From Thermoleophilia bacterium (GTDB lineage Bacteria > Actinomycetota > Thermoleophilia > UBA2241), in NCBI GenBank assembly GCA_040772045.1, contig JAXGYV010000001.1, positions 69,577-133,576 of the forward strand: a stretch of 64,000 bases of DNA. The letters are read 5' to 3'. The notes beneath the pieces are model-generated. The model made no database searches and was not told where the DNA came from. It saw only the letters and a program-made list of their open reading frames with translations. The first letter of the stretch is position 1, and each line of letters starts with the position of its first letter. Both the position numbers and the translations under genes were made by a program. Positions 40,631-50,194 of the stretch are shown here, piece after piece.

Positions 40631-41872
40631 ATGCCTGCACCCGCAGAGGGCGGTGTCGCCCGACGCATCCCCACGGTGAGTATGAAGGACCTGCTGCAAG
40701 GCGGCGTCCATTTCGGTCACCAAACGCGTCGCTGGAACCCGAAGATGAAGCCGTACATCTTCGCTGAGCGCGGCGGCATCTACATCATCGACCTCATGAA
40801 GACCACGGCGCTCATCGATGAAGCGTACGAGTTTATTCGCACGATGGCGGCCCGTGGAGGAGCAGTGCTCTTCGTCGGCACCAAGAAGCAGTGCCAGGAG
40901 GCCATCAAAGAGCAGGCCGAGCGCGTCAGTATGCCCTACGTGAGCAACCGCTGGCTCGGCGGCTTGCTGACCAATTTCAGTACGATCAGTCGCCGGATTC
41001 GCACCTTGCACGAACTGCGTGAGCGGGTGGGCGACGGGTCCATCGACCTGCTGCCCACACGCGAAGCGATGAAGCATAAGGCCGACCTCGCCAAGCTCGA
41101 GACCAATCTCGGCGGCGTAGCCGGCATGGAACGGCTACCGCAGGCTGTGTTCGTGGTAGACCCGCGGAAAGAGCAGATCGTGGTCCGCGAGGCGCGCAAG
41201 TTGGGCATCCCCATCATCGCCCTGGTCGACACGAACTGCGATCCCGACGAAGTCGACTACCTGATCCCCGGGAACGACGACGCTATCCGCTCGTGCTCGC
41301 TGATCGTGCGCGTCATCGCGGACGCGGTACAAGAGGGCAGGCAGCTGCTCTCTGAACACGAGGTTCGGCTGGCCGCGGAACGCGAGAAAACCGAGGCGGA
41401 GGAGCGCGCCCGGCGTGCGGCCGAAGAGGCGCAAGGGGCGTCGGCTCCCGAGGCGGGCGCATCTCGTGCGGAGGGAGCGCCCGCACGCGAACGTCGCGGG
41501 GCGGCGGCGCGCTCGGGCGGCGAGCGCCGCGGCGGGCCCGGCGGCGCTCGTGGAGGCCAGCGTCGCGGTGGTGCCGGAGCGCGACGCGGACAGGCCGAGC
41601 ATCCAGTTGCGTCGCAGCCGGCTCCGATAGGGCGTCGTGCTCCCGAGCGGCGCGCGTCTCCAAGGAAAGAGACCAAAGAGACGCCCGAGCAGCAGCCCGT
41701 CGAGGAACAGTCGGCCCAGGTAGCGGCCGAGGGCACGGCAGGGGCGCAGCCCGTCTCTTCGCCAGTCTCGGAGGCGGCCGACGTGTCGGCGACGGAGGGT
41801 ACGGAGGCAGTTGCCGCAGCGGATACCGCGGGTGCCGCCCCCTCCGCCGAGGGTTCGGAACAGGGCGACTGA
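40631..41872 (+). CDS. rpsB: 30S ribosomal protein S2 with a roughly 150-aa Glu/Ala/Arg/Gly-rich C-terminal low-complexity extension
   Basis: [20 protein letters not shown] core; gaggagg RBS; continuous ORF of 414 aa. Confidence 0.9.
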   Translation: MPAPAEGGVARRIPTVSMKDLLQGGVHFGHQTRRWNPKMKPYIFAERGGIYIIDLMKTTALIDEAYEFIRTMAARGGAVLFVGTKKQCQEAIKEQAERVSMPYVSNRWLGGLLTNFSTISRRIRTLHELRERVGDGSIDLLPTREAMKHKADLAKLETNLGGVAGMERLPQAVFVVDPRKEQIVVREARKLGIPIIALVDTNCDPDEVDYLIPGNDDAIRSCSLIVRVIADAVQEGRQLLSEHEVRLAAEREKTEAEERARRAAEEAQGASAPEAGASRAEGAPARERRGAAARSGGERRGGPGGARGGQRRGGAGARRGQAEHPVASQPAPIGRRAPERRASPRKETKETPEQQPVEEQSAQVAAEGTAGAQPVSSPVSEAADVSATEGTEAVAAADTAGAAPSAEGSEQGD

Positions 41873-41894
41873 ACAAGAAGAGCGAGCGATACGG

Positions 41895-41928
41895 GCCGCG
41901 AGCACGCGGCCCGTATCGCGTACAAGAG
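41895..41928 (+). terminator. Perfect 15-bp stem (gcgatacgggccgcg / cgcggcccgtatcgc), loop agca, between rpsB and tsf; terminator/attenuator candidate
   Basis: Seen directly 23 nt after the rpsB stop; no U-tract. Confidence 0.4.
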
Positions 41929-41947
41929 AGGAAGAGAGCGAGGCAGC

Positions 41948-42547
41948 GTGGCTGAGATCACCACGGCGATGGTCAAGGAGCTCCGCGAGCAATCCGGGGC
42001 CGGCATGATGGAGTGTAAGCGAGCGTTGGTCGCCGCCGGTGGCGACGCGCAGAAGGCCATGGCGGAGTTGCGCAAGGCCGGTCTGGCGGCGGCGCAGAAG
42101 AAGAGTTCCCGCACCACGAAGGAAGGGCGCGTGGAGTCCTATATCCATGGCGAGGGGCGTATCGGCGTGCTCGTCGAGGTCGGTGTGGAGACGGACTTCG
42201 TCGCCCGCGGCGACAGGTTCAAGGAGTTCTGCCACGACCTGTGCCTGCAGGTGGCGGCCGCGATGCCGCGTTGGGTTTCACGGGATGACGTGCCGGAAGA
42301 GGTGATCGCTCAGGAGCGCGACATCTTCGTAGGGCAGGCCGAAGGCAAGCCGGAGAAGGTGGTCGAGAAGATCGTCGCCGGTAAGCTCGAGAAGTTCTTC
42401 CAGGAGAACTGCTTGATGGAGCAGGCCTTCGTGAAAGACCCGGACGTGACCATCGAGCAGTTGCGCACCGATCTGGTCAACGTGATCAGAGAAAACGTCG
42501 AGGTCCGTCGCTTCGTCCGCTTCCAGCTGGGCGAGAAGGAGGGATGA
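41948..42547 (+). CDS. tsf: Elongation factor Ts (short roughly 200-aa form)
   Basis: MVKELREQSGAGMMECKRAL UBA-like N-terminus, ETDFVAR motif. Confidence 0.9.
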   Translation: MAEITTAMVKELREQSGAGMMECKRALVAAGGDAQKAMAELRKAGLAAAQKKSSRTTKEGRVESYIHGEGRIGVLVEVGVETDFVARGDRFKEFCHDLCLQVAAAMPRWVSRDDVPEEVIAQERDIFVGQAEGKPEKVVEKIVAGKLEKFFQENCLMEQAFVKDPDVTIEQLRTDLVNVIRENVEVRRFVRFQLGEKEG

Positions 42548-43284
42548 CGCGCGTGGCCGACGGCGCTCCTGCGGTCGCATTTCGGCGTGTCCTGCTCAAG
42601 CTGAGCGGGCAGGCGTTGGGCGGGCAGAATGGCGTTGCCATCGATCCCGCCCGCACCGCCGAGCTGGCCGCCCATGTCGGACGCGCCCGACGCCTTGGTG
42701 TAGATATCGGTATCGTGGTCGGCGGCGGCAACATCTTTCGCGGTGTCGTCGCCGCCGCCCGCGGTATGGACCGTGTCACCGGCGATCACATCGGCATGAT
42801 GGCTACCGTGCAGAACGCGCTGGCCATCCAGGACGCCCTGGAACGTGCCGACGTGCCGACCAGGGTGATGAGTGCCATCGAGATGCGAGCCATCTGCGAG
42901 CCATACATCCGGCGGCGTGCCGTGCGCCACCTCGAGAAAGGCCGCGTCGTGGTATTCGCCGCCGGGACCGGCAATCCGTATTTCTCCACCGATTCCGCCG
43001 CCGCGCTGCGTGCCCTGGAGATCGGCGCTAGCGCGATCCTGATGGCGAAGCGGTCGTTCAACGGCGTCTATACCGCCGATCCCGAACGAGACCCCTCGGC
43101 GACGTTCATTCCGAGGCTGACCCATTTAGAGGCCATCCAGCGCGAGCTGGGCGTGATGGACACCACCGCGCTGTCGCTGTGTATGGATAATGGGCTGCCG
43201 ATCTACGTGTTCAAGATGACCGGCGACAACATCGATCGCGTCCTCGCGGGGGAGCAGGTGGGCACCATCGTCTGTACCCCCTGA
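42544..43284 (+). CDS. pyrH: UMP kinase
   Basis: VLLKLSGQAL, VVGGGNIFRG motifs. Confidence 0.95.
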   Translation: MTRVADGAPAVAFRRVLLKLSGQALGGQNGVAIDPARTAELAAHVGRARRLGVDIGIVVGGGNIFRGVVAAARGMDRVTGDHIGMMATVQNALAIQDALERADVPTRVMSAIEMRAICEPYIRRRAVRHLEKGRVVVFAAGTGNPYFSTDSAAALRALEIGASAILMAKRSFNGVYTADPERDPSATFIPRLTHLEAIQRELGVMDTTALSLCMDNGLPIYVFKMTGDNIDRVLAGEQVGTIVCTP

Positions 43285-43319
43285 AGAAGCACGGCCGCGC
43301 GGTCGCGGAGCACGATCGC

Positions 43320-43913
43320 GTGCGTGGAAGGGAGCCACGAGAGAGGGAGCGTGAAGTGGAGAAGGAGCTGCTGGCCGACGCCAGAACCAGGATGGACAAG
43401 GCGATCGTGGCGACCAAGAACGAGTTCAACACCGTTCGCAGCGGTCGCGCCTCCACGGCGCTGCTCGACCGTATCATGGTGGATTACTACGGGATCAAGA
43501 CCCCGCTGAAGCAGCTAGCCAATGTGGCTGTTCCCGAACCACGCCTCCTCACCGTAACGCCGTACGACAAGGCGGCGATGAAGAGCATCGAGAAGGCCAT
43601 TCGTGAGTCGGATCTGGGCGTGAATCCCTCCAACGATGGCCAGGTAGTCCGACTGCCTATCCCGCATCTCACGGAGGAACGGCGTCGCGAGTTGGTGAAA
43701 CTGGTGCGTCGCCTGGCAGAGGACGGGCGAGTCGCCGTCCGCAACGTGCGACGCGACACGGTCAAGGACCTCCGCGAGCTAACGAAGGAGGGCGTGGTGA
43801 GCGAAGATGCCGTGCGCCGTTCCGAAGAAGAGCTCCAGAAAGCCACCGACGACCACGTGCATCAGATCGACGAACTGTTGAAGCAGAAAGAGGCGGAGAT
43901 CCTCGAGGTCTAG
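43320..43913 (+). CDS. frr: Ribosome recycling factor
   Basis: TVRSGRASTALLD...VRLPIPHLTEERRRELVK; true start may be the in-frame GTG at 43359. Confidence 0.9.
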   Translation: MRGREPREREREVEKELLADARTRMDKAIVATKNEFNTVRSGRASTALLDRIMVDYYGIKTPLKQLANVAVPEPRLLTVTPYDKAAMKSIEKAIRESDLGVNPSNDGQVVRLPIPHLTEERRRELVKLVRRLAEDGRVAVRNVRRDTVKDLRELTKEGVVSEDAVRRSEEELQKATDDHVHQIDELLKQKEAEILEV

Positions 43914-43930
43914 ACCTCGAGGATCTCCGC
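43893..43930. terminator. 38-bp perfect palindrome gcggagatcctcgaggtcta|gacctcgaggatctccgc centred on the frr stop codon; predicted 17-bp-stem hairpin
   Basis: Seen directly; every position pairs with its mirror. Confidence 0.5.
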
Positions 43931-43944
43931 ACGAGGCACGTGGC

Positions 43945-44739
43945 TTGACGAACTGGAGCGTTCCCCGCAGCCTGGCTCGCCGGCTCTTCCGGCGGCCCGC
44001 CCGAGGAGTCTCGAGCCAACGCGAGGCGCCCGCCAATTGCCGTCACGTGGCGATCATCATGGACGGTAACGGTCGCTGGGCGCGGCGGCGCGGGTTGCCC
44101 GTGGCTGCCGGGCACCGAGCTGGCGCGAAAGCGCTGCACGCGGCCGTCGAGTGCGCGCCCGACCTCGGGATCACGGAGCTCACGGCCTTCTGTTTCTCCA
44201 CTGAGAACTGGCGTCGCTCGCCGGAGGAGGTAGAGGCGCTGTTCGATCTCTTCGTCGAGATGGTGAGGCGAGAGATCCCGCAGCTCCAGAAGCAGGGTGT
44301 TCGCGTGCGTTTTTTGGGACGTCGCACGGGGCTCCGCCCTGATCTCGTGGCGCAGATGGAGGAGAGCGAGGCCAGGACTGCCGGCAACGAGCGCATGACC
44401 CTCTACCTCGCTTTCAACTACGGAGGCCAGGCGGAGCTCGCGGATGCAGCGGTCGCGCTGGCAAAAGCGTACAGGCAGGGCGACCTCGCCACGACTGAGC
44501 TGCCTGCCGAGCCGCCAGAGGATATCCTGCGGCCCTTCCTCTATGCTCCGGACATGCACGATCCGGAGCTGCTGATCCGCACCAGCGGCGAGCTGCGCTT
44601 ATCCAACTTCTTGCTCTGGCAGCTCGCCTACACCGAACTCGTCTTCAGTCCGAAGCTGTGGCCGGATTTCGGTCCACGGGATCTCGCGGCCGCGCTCGAT
44701 GAGTACGCGCAGCGCCGGCGGCGCTACGGAGGTCGCTGA
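43945..44739 (+). CDS. uppS: Undecaprenyl-diphosphate synthase (cis-isoprenyl transferase)
   Basis: HVAIIMDGNGRWA and FSTENWRR motifs. Confidence 0.9.
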   Translation: MTNWSVPRSLARRLFRRPARGVSSQREAPANCRHVAIIMDGNGRWARRRGLPVAAGHRAGAKALHAAVECAPDLGITELTAFCFSTENWRRSPEEVEALFDLFVEMVRREIPQLQKQGVRVRFLGRRTGLRPDLVAQMEESEARTAGNERMTLYLAFNYGGQAELADAAVALAKAYRQGDLATTELPAEPPEDILRPFLYAPDMHDPELLIRTSGELRLSNFLLWQLAYTELVFSPKLWPDFGPRDLAAALDEYAQRRRRYGGR

Positions 44740-45545
44740 TGCTGCGCACGCGGGTCGTCGTCGGCGCCATCTTGGCTGTAGGGGCGGTCCTCGTCATCGT
44801 CCTGGGCAAATGGGTGTACTTCACCGTGATGGTCCTGCTCGCCCTGCTGGCGCTCAATGAATTCTTTCGCATGACGCGGTCGTACCGCCCGTTGGCGCTG
44901 GCCGGATACATCGGGCTCGGCTTCATGCTGTACTGTGCCTGGTACAGGACGCTCAGCGGAGTGCTCGCCAGCATTGGACTGCTCGTGCTGGTGACGTTTC
45001 TGTTGGGAGCTCTCGGCGGAGTACGGCCGGGTATTACCGGTCGTATGGCGGTCACTGTGCTCGGCGGGGTATATCTCGGCCTGGGCTTCGGCCACCTGCT
45101 CCTCATGCGCCGCCTGGAAGCACCGGCTGGGTCGTCGGACGTGGGTATGGCTCTGGTGCTCACGGTCGTGTTCGGCACGTGGGCTGGAGATACGCTGGCC
45201 TATTTCGTAGGGCGGTACTTCGGGTCTACGCCCATGGCTCCCCGGCTCTCACCGAAGAAGACGTGGGAGGGGTTTCTCGGAGGCATACTGGGTACCGTAT
45301 TGGCCGTGGTCTTGGTGGGGGTGTACACGGATCTCAAACCAAGCGAATCGCTTATCCTGGGCCTGGTGATCGCGATAGTAGGGCCGCTGGGCGACCTGTT
45401 CGAATCGCTGGTGAAGCGCGATGTGAATGTGAAGGACGCCGGCGCCTTTCTCCCCGGCCACGGCGGCGTCCTGGATCGGTTCGACGCCCTCCTCTTCAGC
45501 GCGGTCGCCGTGTTCTATGCAGCAACCGGCCTCCTGGGGTACTAG
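44739..45545 (+). CDS. cdsA: Phosphatidate cytidylyltransferase
   Basis: Multi-TM protein with C-terminal KKTWEG...GHGGVLDRFD CTP-transferase signature. Confidence 0.9.
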   Translation: MLRTRVVVGAILAVGAVLVIVLGKWVYFTVMVLLALLALNEFFRMTRSYRPLALAGYIGLGFMLYCAWYRTLSGVLASIGLLVLVTFLLGALGGVRPGITGRMAVTVLGGVYLGLGFGHLLLMRRLEAPAGSSDVGMALVLTVVFGTWAGDTLAYFVGRYFGSTPMAPRLSPKKTWEGFLGGILGTVLAVVLVGVYTDLKPSESLILGLVIAIVGPLGDLFESLVKRDVNVKDAGAFLPGHGGVLDRFDALLFSAVAVFYAATGLLGY

Positions 45546-45585
45546 GACGGCGCGGCCGGGCAACAGAGGCCCAGGGCGGCCGCGC

Positions 45586-46806
45586 CGGGTGCTGATCCTC
45601 GGCAGCACTGGCTCCATTGGGCGCCAGGCGCTCGACGTTGCCGCTAACCTCCCCAACGTACGGGTGGTCGGCCTGGCGGCCGGCGCGCGATTCTCTGAGG
45701 TGCGCGCGCAGGCCAAGGCGTGCGGCGCGGCCGCCGTAGCCATAGCGGAGGGTGGACAGAGCTTCGCGGAGAGCGGTGGTGCCGCGGCCGCGCGGTTGTT
45801 CCGCGGGCCAGAGGCAGCACTGGAGCTCATTGCCTGGGCGGCCGCCGAGGCGGCCCAGGCGGGCGAGCCGCTCACGGTGCTCAACGGCATCGTAGGCGCG
45901 GCCGGGCTGCGGGCGACGCTGGCGAGCCTGGAGGCCGGCGCTACGCTGGCGCTGGCCAACAAAGAGAGCCTGGTGGTTGGCGGCGAGCTGGTGCTGGCCG
46001 CCGCCGCCCGGGGCGGCGGCACTATCATCCCGGTCGATAGCGAGCACAGCGCGCTGTTCCAGTGCCTGCTAGCGGCGCGGCCTGAGCTCGAGGAGGTTCC
46101 CGGGAGGCCCGTCCCCGCCGCCGGCCGCCTGCGTGCCGCCGAGGAGCTGGTGCTCACCGGCTCCGGTGGGCCGTTCCGCGGCCGCGCGCGCCAGGCGTTG
46201 GCCGACGTGACGGTCGCCGACGCGCTGCGCCACCCTACGTGGTCCATGGGCGCCAAGATCACCGTGGATTCGGCGACACTCATGAACAAAGGCCTCGAAG
46301 TGATCGAGGCGCACTACCTGTTCGGCGTCCCGTACCAGCGCATCCGCGTAGTGATTCACCCGCAGTCCGTGGTGCACTCCCTGGTGCGCTTAGCCGACGG
46401 AGCACTGCTCGCGCACCTGGGCGTCCCCGATATGCGCGTGCCGATTGGCTATGCTCTGAGCTACCCGGAGCGGGCGCCCTTGCCGATGGTGGCGCCGCTG
46501 GCATTGGTGGGTCAGCAGCTCACGTTCGAGGAGCCAGACAGCGAAGTATTCGGCTGCCTCCGCCTGGCGCGCGCGGCTGGAGAACGAGGAGGGACCGCGC
46601 CCGTCGTACTGAACGCCGCCAATGAGGTCGCCGTGCAGGCGTTCCTTGGGGGCCGGCTGCCGTTTTTGGGCATTGAGGGCGTGGTCGAGAGCACGCTGGC
46701 GCAGCTGGAGCATGCCGCGCACGGTGGCCTGGACGTCGTTCTCGCCACCGACGCGGAGGCGCGCCGCGTGGCGGCGGACTTAGCTCGCCGGTGGCCGCGC
46801 GTATGA
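45586..46806 (+). CDS. dxr: 1-deoxy-D-xylulose-5-phosphate reductoisomerase
   Basis: VLILGSTGSIG NADPH motif, ANKESLV, PVDSEHSA; GTG chosen inside the ORF-track ORF, which overlaps cdsA. Confidence 0.9.
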   Translation, partial: RVLILGSTGSIGRQALDVAANLPNVRVVGLAAGARFSEVRAQAKACGAAAVAIAEGGQSFAESGGAAAARLFRGPEAALELIAWAAAEAAQAGEPLTVLNGIVGAAGLRATLASLEAGATLALANKESLVVGGELVLAAAARGGGTIIPVDSEHSALFQCLLAARPELEEVPGRPVPAAGRLRAAEELVLTGSGGPFRGRARQALADVTVADALRHPTWSMGAKITVDSATLMNKGLEVIEAHYLFGVPYQRIRVVIHPQSVVHSLVRLADGALLAHLGVPDMRVPIGYALSYPERAPLPMVAPLALVGQQLTFEEPDSEVFGCLRLARAAGERGGTAPVVLNAANEVAVQAFLGGRLPFLGIEGVVESTLAQLEHAAHGGLDVVLATDAEARRVAADLARRWPRV

Positions 46807-46873
46807 GGACGTCACGGCGTCTTCTCGGGCTGCATGCTGCATGGAGCGAGCCCACGGGTAGAATCTCATCACT

Positions 46874-48097
46874 ATGACGCAGCGAGGCAGCGAGAATCGG
46901 CGATCCGCGCGAGGCACGTCTGCGGGTGCCGACACACCGCAGAGTGGAGGATGGGGCTGGCTTCTCCTCGGCGGTCTGGTGTTCGCGCTAGTGGCCGCTA
47001 ACTGGACACTGCTGGTGGCTATCGCGGGCCTCGCGTTCCTGATCACCGTTCACGAGTTCGGGCACTTCGCCGCGGCCAAGCTCTTCGGCATGCGCGTGGA
47101 GAAGTTCTACGTGGGCTTTCCGCCGGCGGTGTGGCGTCGCCAGCGCGGAGAGACGGAGTACGGGATCGGGATGATCCCCTTGGGAGGGTTCTGCCGCATC
47201 AGCGGTATGAGCGAGGAAGAGGAACTGCCCCCCGAGGTGGAGCCGCGGGCGTACTACAACCAGCCGGTCTGGAAACGCAATCTCACCATTTTCGCCGGCC
47301 CCCTGTTCAACTTCCTCATCGCCGTCGTCATCCTATTCGTGTTTCTCCTCGCGCAAGGTGTGCTCACGCCGACACTCACGCTTGAGGAGGTAGTGCCCAC
47401 CATCACCGTAGACGGAGTTAAGCGGACGAGCCCGGCCGCCGAGGCTGGCCTGCGGGCGGGCGATACGCTGCTCGGCGGCCGGCTGGTAGAGGGCAGCGGT
47501 GCGAGTGCGCGGTTCTCCTCGTGGACCGAGTGGGCGCAAGCGAGTGCGTTCTTCCAGGACCACCCCGAGCGAGTCGTCGAGCTCCGCTACCGAACTCGTC
47601 AGGGAAGTGTGCGAGTGGGGCGCACCACCCTGGCGAAAAATCCAGCCGACACGAGCACGGGCTATCTTGGGGTGCGAGCGGGTCAGAGGGCCGACAGGCC
47701 TCTGCCATGGACGGCCGCCTGGATGGCTGTGACGAAGACGGGCGACATCGTGGTGAAGACGTTCCAAGGGTTCTACTGGCTCATCACCGGAAAGGTGAGC
47801 GCCAGCGGCGGCGCCGCGGGGCCCGTCGGCATCATCGACATCTCCAGCCAGGCCGTGCAGCAGGGCTACTACCCGGTACTGCTGGCACTGCTCAGCGTGA
47901 ACCTGGGTGTCATCAACCTGGTGCCCCTGCTGCCTTTCGATGGCGGCCACCTCTTCTTCAACACGCTCGAGCGCGTCCGTAGGCGCAAGCTCGATCGGCG
48001 CGTCATGGAGCGATTCGCGGCGGTTGGCGTGGCATTGCTCCTCATGCTGTTCGTGTTCCTCACGTTCAACGACCTGCGTCGCCTCTTCGGCGGATGA
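46874..48097 (+). CDS. rseP: RIP site-2 zinc metalloprotease RseP/RasP (M50 family)
   Basis: HEFGHF zinc motif in TM1, PDZ region, C-terminal LPFDGGH motif. Confidence 0.9.
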   Translation: MTQRGSENRRSARGTSAGADTPQSGGWGWLLLGGLVFALVAANWTLLVAIAGLAFLITVHEFGHFAAAKLFGMRVEKFYVGFPPAVWRRQRGETEYGIGMIPLGGFCRISGMSEEEELPPEVEPRAYYNQPVWKRNLTIFAGPLFNFLIAVVILFVFLLAQGVLTPTLTLEEVVPTITVDGVKRTSPAAEAGLRAGDTLLGGRLVEGSGASARFSSWTEWAQASAFFQDHPERVVELRYRTRQGSVRVGRTTLAKNPADTSTGYLGVRAGQRADRPLPWTAAWMAVTKTGDIVVKTFQGFYWLITGKVSASGGAAGPVGIIDISSQAVQQGYYPVLLALLSVNLGVINLVPLLPFDGGHLFFNTLERVRRRKLDRRVMERFAAVGVALLLMLFVFLTFNDLRRLFGG

Positions 48098-48155
48098 GGG
48101 CCACGGCGGTCGCGTATGCTCGCCGTGCGTACTCGGCTGTTGGTATCCTGCTCGC

Positions 48156-49112
48156 ATGAGTAGCACGATCCTCGTGAGCGGTGGCGCCGGCTTCATCGGC
48201 TCGCACGTTGCGCGCGCGCTCCTGGAGCGCGGCGATACCGTGCGCGTGCTCGACGACCTCTCGACCGGCAAACGCGAGAACCTCGCCGCCGTGGCCGGAC
48301 ACGTCGACTTTCACGTAGGCGATGTGCGTGATCAGGCGCGGCTCGCCACCCTGTGCCGCGGCGCCGATGCCGTTGTGCATCTGGCGGCGATCGCCTCGGT
48401 AACGGCCTCGTTCGAGCGGCCAGTAGAGGTGGAGGGCGTCAACGTGGGCGGTACGCTCGCGGTCATGACTGCCGCCCGGCGCTACGGCGTGCGTCGCGTG
48501 GTCTTCGCGTCCTCGTGCGCGGTGTACGGAGAACCGCTCGTGGTACCGGTGAGCGAGGAGCAGCTCCCCGTGCCTGGATCGCCCTACGCGGTGAGCAAGC
48601 TGGCTGGGGAGGGGTACCTCCGTGTCCTCGGCACCGCCGCCGGTGAGCGGCGAGGAGACGCTCCTCACACGGTCGCTTTGCGGTTCTTCAACGTCTACGG
48701 CCCGCGGCAGGACGCAGGCTCGGAGTACTCGGGGGTCATCGCGCGTTTCGTGGCTGCCGCGCGCGCGGGCGAGCCGCTGACGGTATTCGGCGACGGCTTA
48801 CAGACGCGCGACTTCGTCTACGTGGCGGATGTGGCGCGGGCGGTCCTGCTCGCTCTGGGCACAACAGCGGGCGTGGGGCGGGCCGTGAATGTGGGGAGCG
48901 GAGTTCAGACGACGCTCCTTGATCTGGCCGCCGCCGTCTGCGGCGCGTCTGGCGTTCCTCTCCGCGTGGTCCACGAGCCGCCGCGGCAGGGCGAGATACG
49001 ACGGTCGGCGGCAGATACGCGGCTGGCGTGTGAGTTGCTCGGCTACCGGCCTACCGTGCCGCTGGTCGAGGGCGTGGCGGCGACGGTGGCCTGGCAGGCG
49101 GAGAGCGTGTGA
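48156..49112 (+). CDS. NAD-dependent epimerase/dehydratase (SDR, UDP-sugar 4-epimerase-like)
   Basis: VSGGAGFIGSH Rossmann motif, YAVSK catalytic YxxxK; internal ATG of the ORF-track ORF. Confidence 0.8.
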   Translation: MSSTILVSGGAGFIGSHVARALLERGDTVRVLDDLSTGKRENLAAVAGHVDFHVGDVRDQARLATLCRGADAVVHLAAIASVTASFERPVEVEGVNVGGTLAVMTAARRYGVRRVVFASSCAVYGEPLVVPVSEEQLPVPGSPYAVSKLAGEGYLRVLGTAAGERRGDAPHTVALRFFNVYGPRQDAGSEYSGVIARFVAAARAGEPLTVFGDGLQTRDFVYVADVARAVLLALGTTAGVGRAVNVGSGVQTTLLDLAAAVCGASGVPLRVVHEPPRQGEIRRSAADTRLACELLGYRPTVPLVEGVAATVAWQAESV

Positions 49113-50191
49113 CGAGCCGGCCGGCAGCGCGTCCTACGCGTCGCATCGCCGTGGGCGCCGTCGCCGTCGGCGGCGGCGCCCCCATCGCGGTGCAGTCCAT
49201 GACGTGCGCGCCGGCCGGCGACGCTCGGGCTACTCTGGAACAGATTCGCGTGCTGGCGGCGGCCGGCTGCGAGCTAGTACGGGTCGCGCTGCCGAAAGAC
49301 GAGGCTGTGCCCAGCTTCCGCCAGGTGGTGAGCGGCTCGTCGCTGCCGGTGATCGCCGACATCCACTTCGACTGGCGGCTCGCCTTGGCCGCCATCGAGT
49401 GTGGCGCCGCGGGTGTGCGGTTGAACCCTGGGACCATGGGGAGCCGAGCTAAGGTGCGCGAGGTGGTGCGCGCGGCCACCGAGCACGGTGTAGCTGTACG
49501 TATCGGCGTGAACACCGGCTCACTGCCGCGCGCCCTGCGCGATCGCGCCACCACCCAGCCGGCCGAGGCGTTGGTGGAGGCGGCGCTGGGGTACAGCGGC
49601 GCATTCGACGAGTGGGGCTTCCGGAACTACAAGATCAGCGTGAAATCCTCGAGCGTGCCGACGACCATCCGAGCGTACCGAACGCTGGCCGAGCGCTGCG
49701 ATGCGCCGCTGCACGTGGGTGTTACCGAGGCGGGCACCCGCTGGGGCGGCATCATCAAGAGTGCCGTCGGCATCGGCGCACTGCTGGCGGACGGCATCGG
49801 CGATACGCTGCGCGTGTCTCTTACCGCCGACCCGGTGGAAGAAGTGCGGGTGGCCTGGGCCATCCTGGCCGCGCTGGGCTTGCGTCGGCGCGGCCCCGAT
49901 GTGATCTCCTGCCCCACCTGTGGCCGCACGGAGATCGACGTGATCGCCCTAGCGGAGGAGGTGGAGCGGCGCCTACAGGCGTACACGATACCGATCACCG
50001 TGGCCGTCATGGGATGCCGTGTGAACGGCCCCGAAGAGGCTCGTCACGCCGACTTCGGTATCACCGGCGGAGCGGGGGAGGGCATCGTGTTCGCCCGCGG
50101 CCAGCGGGTGGGAGCAGTGCGCGAAGAGCACCTCATCGACGAGCTCTTCGCCCTGATCGACGTCGCCGCCGCCGCGCCGCCGCGGCGCTGA
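49109..50191 (+). CDS. ispG: 4-hydroxy-3-methylbut-2-en-1-yl diphosphate synthase (GcpE)
   Basis: AVQSMT N-terminal motif, ISCPTCGRTE and MGCRVNGP [4Fe-4S] cysteine motifs. Confidence 0.9.
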   Translation: MTSRPAARPTRRIAVGAVAVGGGAPIAVQSMTCAPAGDARATLEQIRVLAAAGCELVRVALPKDEAVPSFRQVVSGSSLPVIADIHFDWRLALAAIECGAAGVRLNPGTMGSRAKVREVVRAATEHGVAVRIGVNTGSLPRALRDRATTQPAEALVEAALGYSGAFDEWGFRNYKISVKSSSVPTTIRAYRTLAERCDAPLHVGVTEAGTRWGGIIKSAVGIGALLADGIGDTLRVSLTADPVEEVRVAWAILAALGLRRRGPDVISCPTCGRTEIDVIALAEEVERRLQAYTIPITVAVMGCRVNGPEEARHADFGITGGAGEGIVFARGQRVGAVREEHLIDELFALIDVAAAAPPRR

Positions 50192-50194
50192 TGG

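Noticed and set aside
43893-43930. Vector or multiple-cloning-site contamination (two XhoI sites and one XbaI site within the palindrome)
   Set aside because: The palindrome is in-frame with, and encodes, the natural C-terminus and stop of frr. The flanking sequence is native frr/uppS with continuous reading frames, and there is no vector-like sequence on either side.
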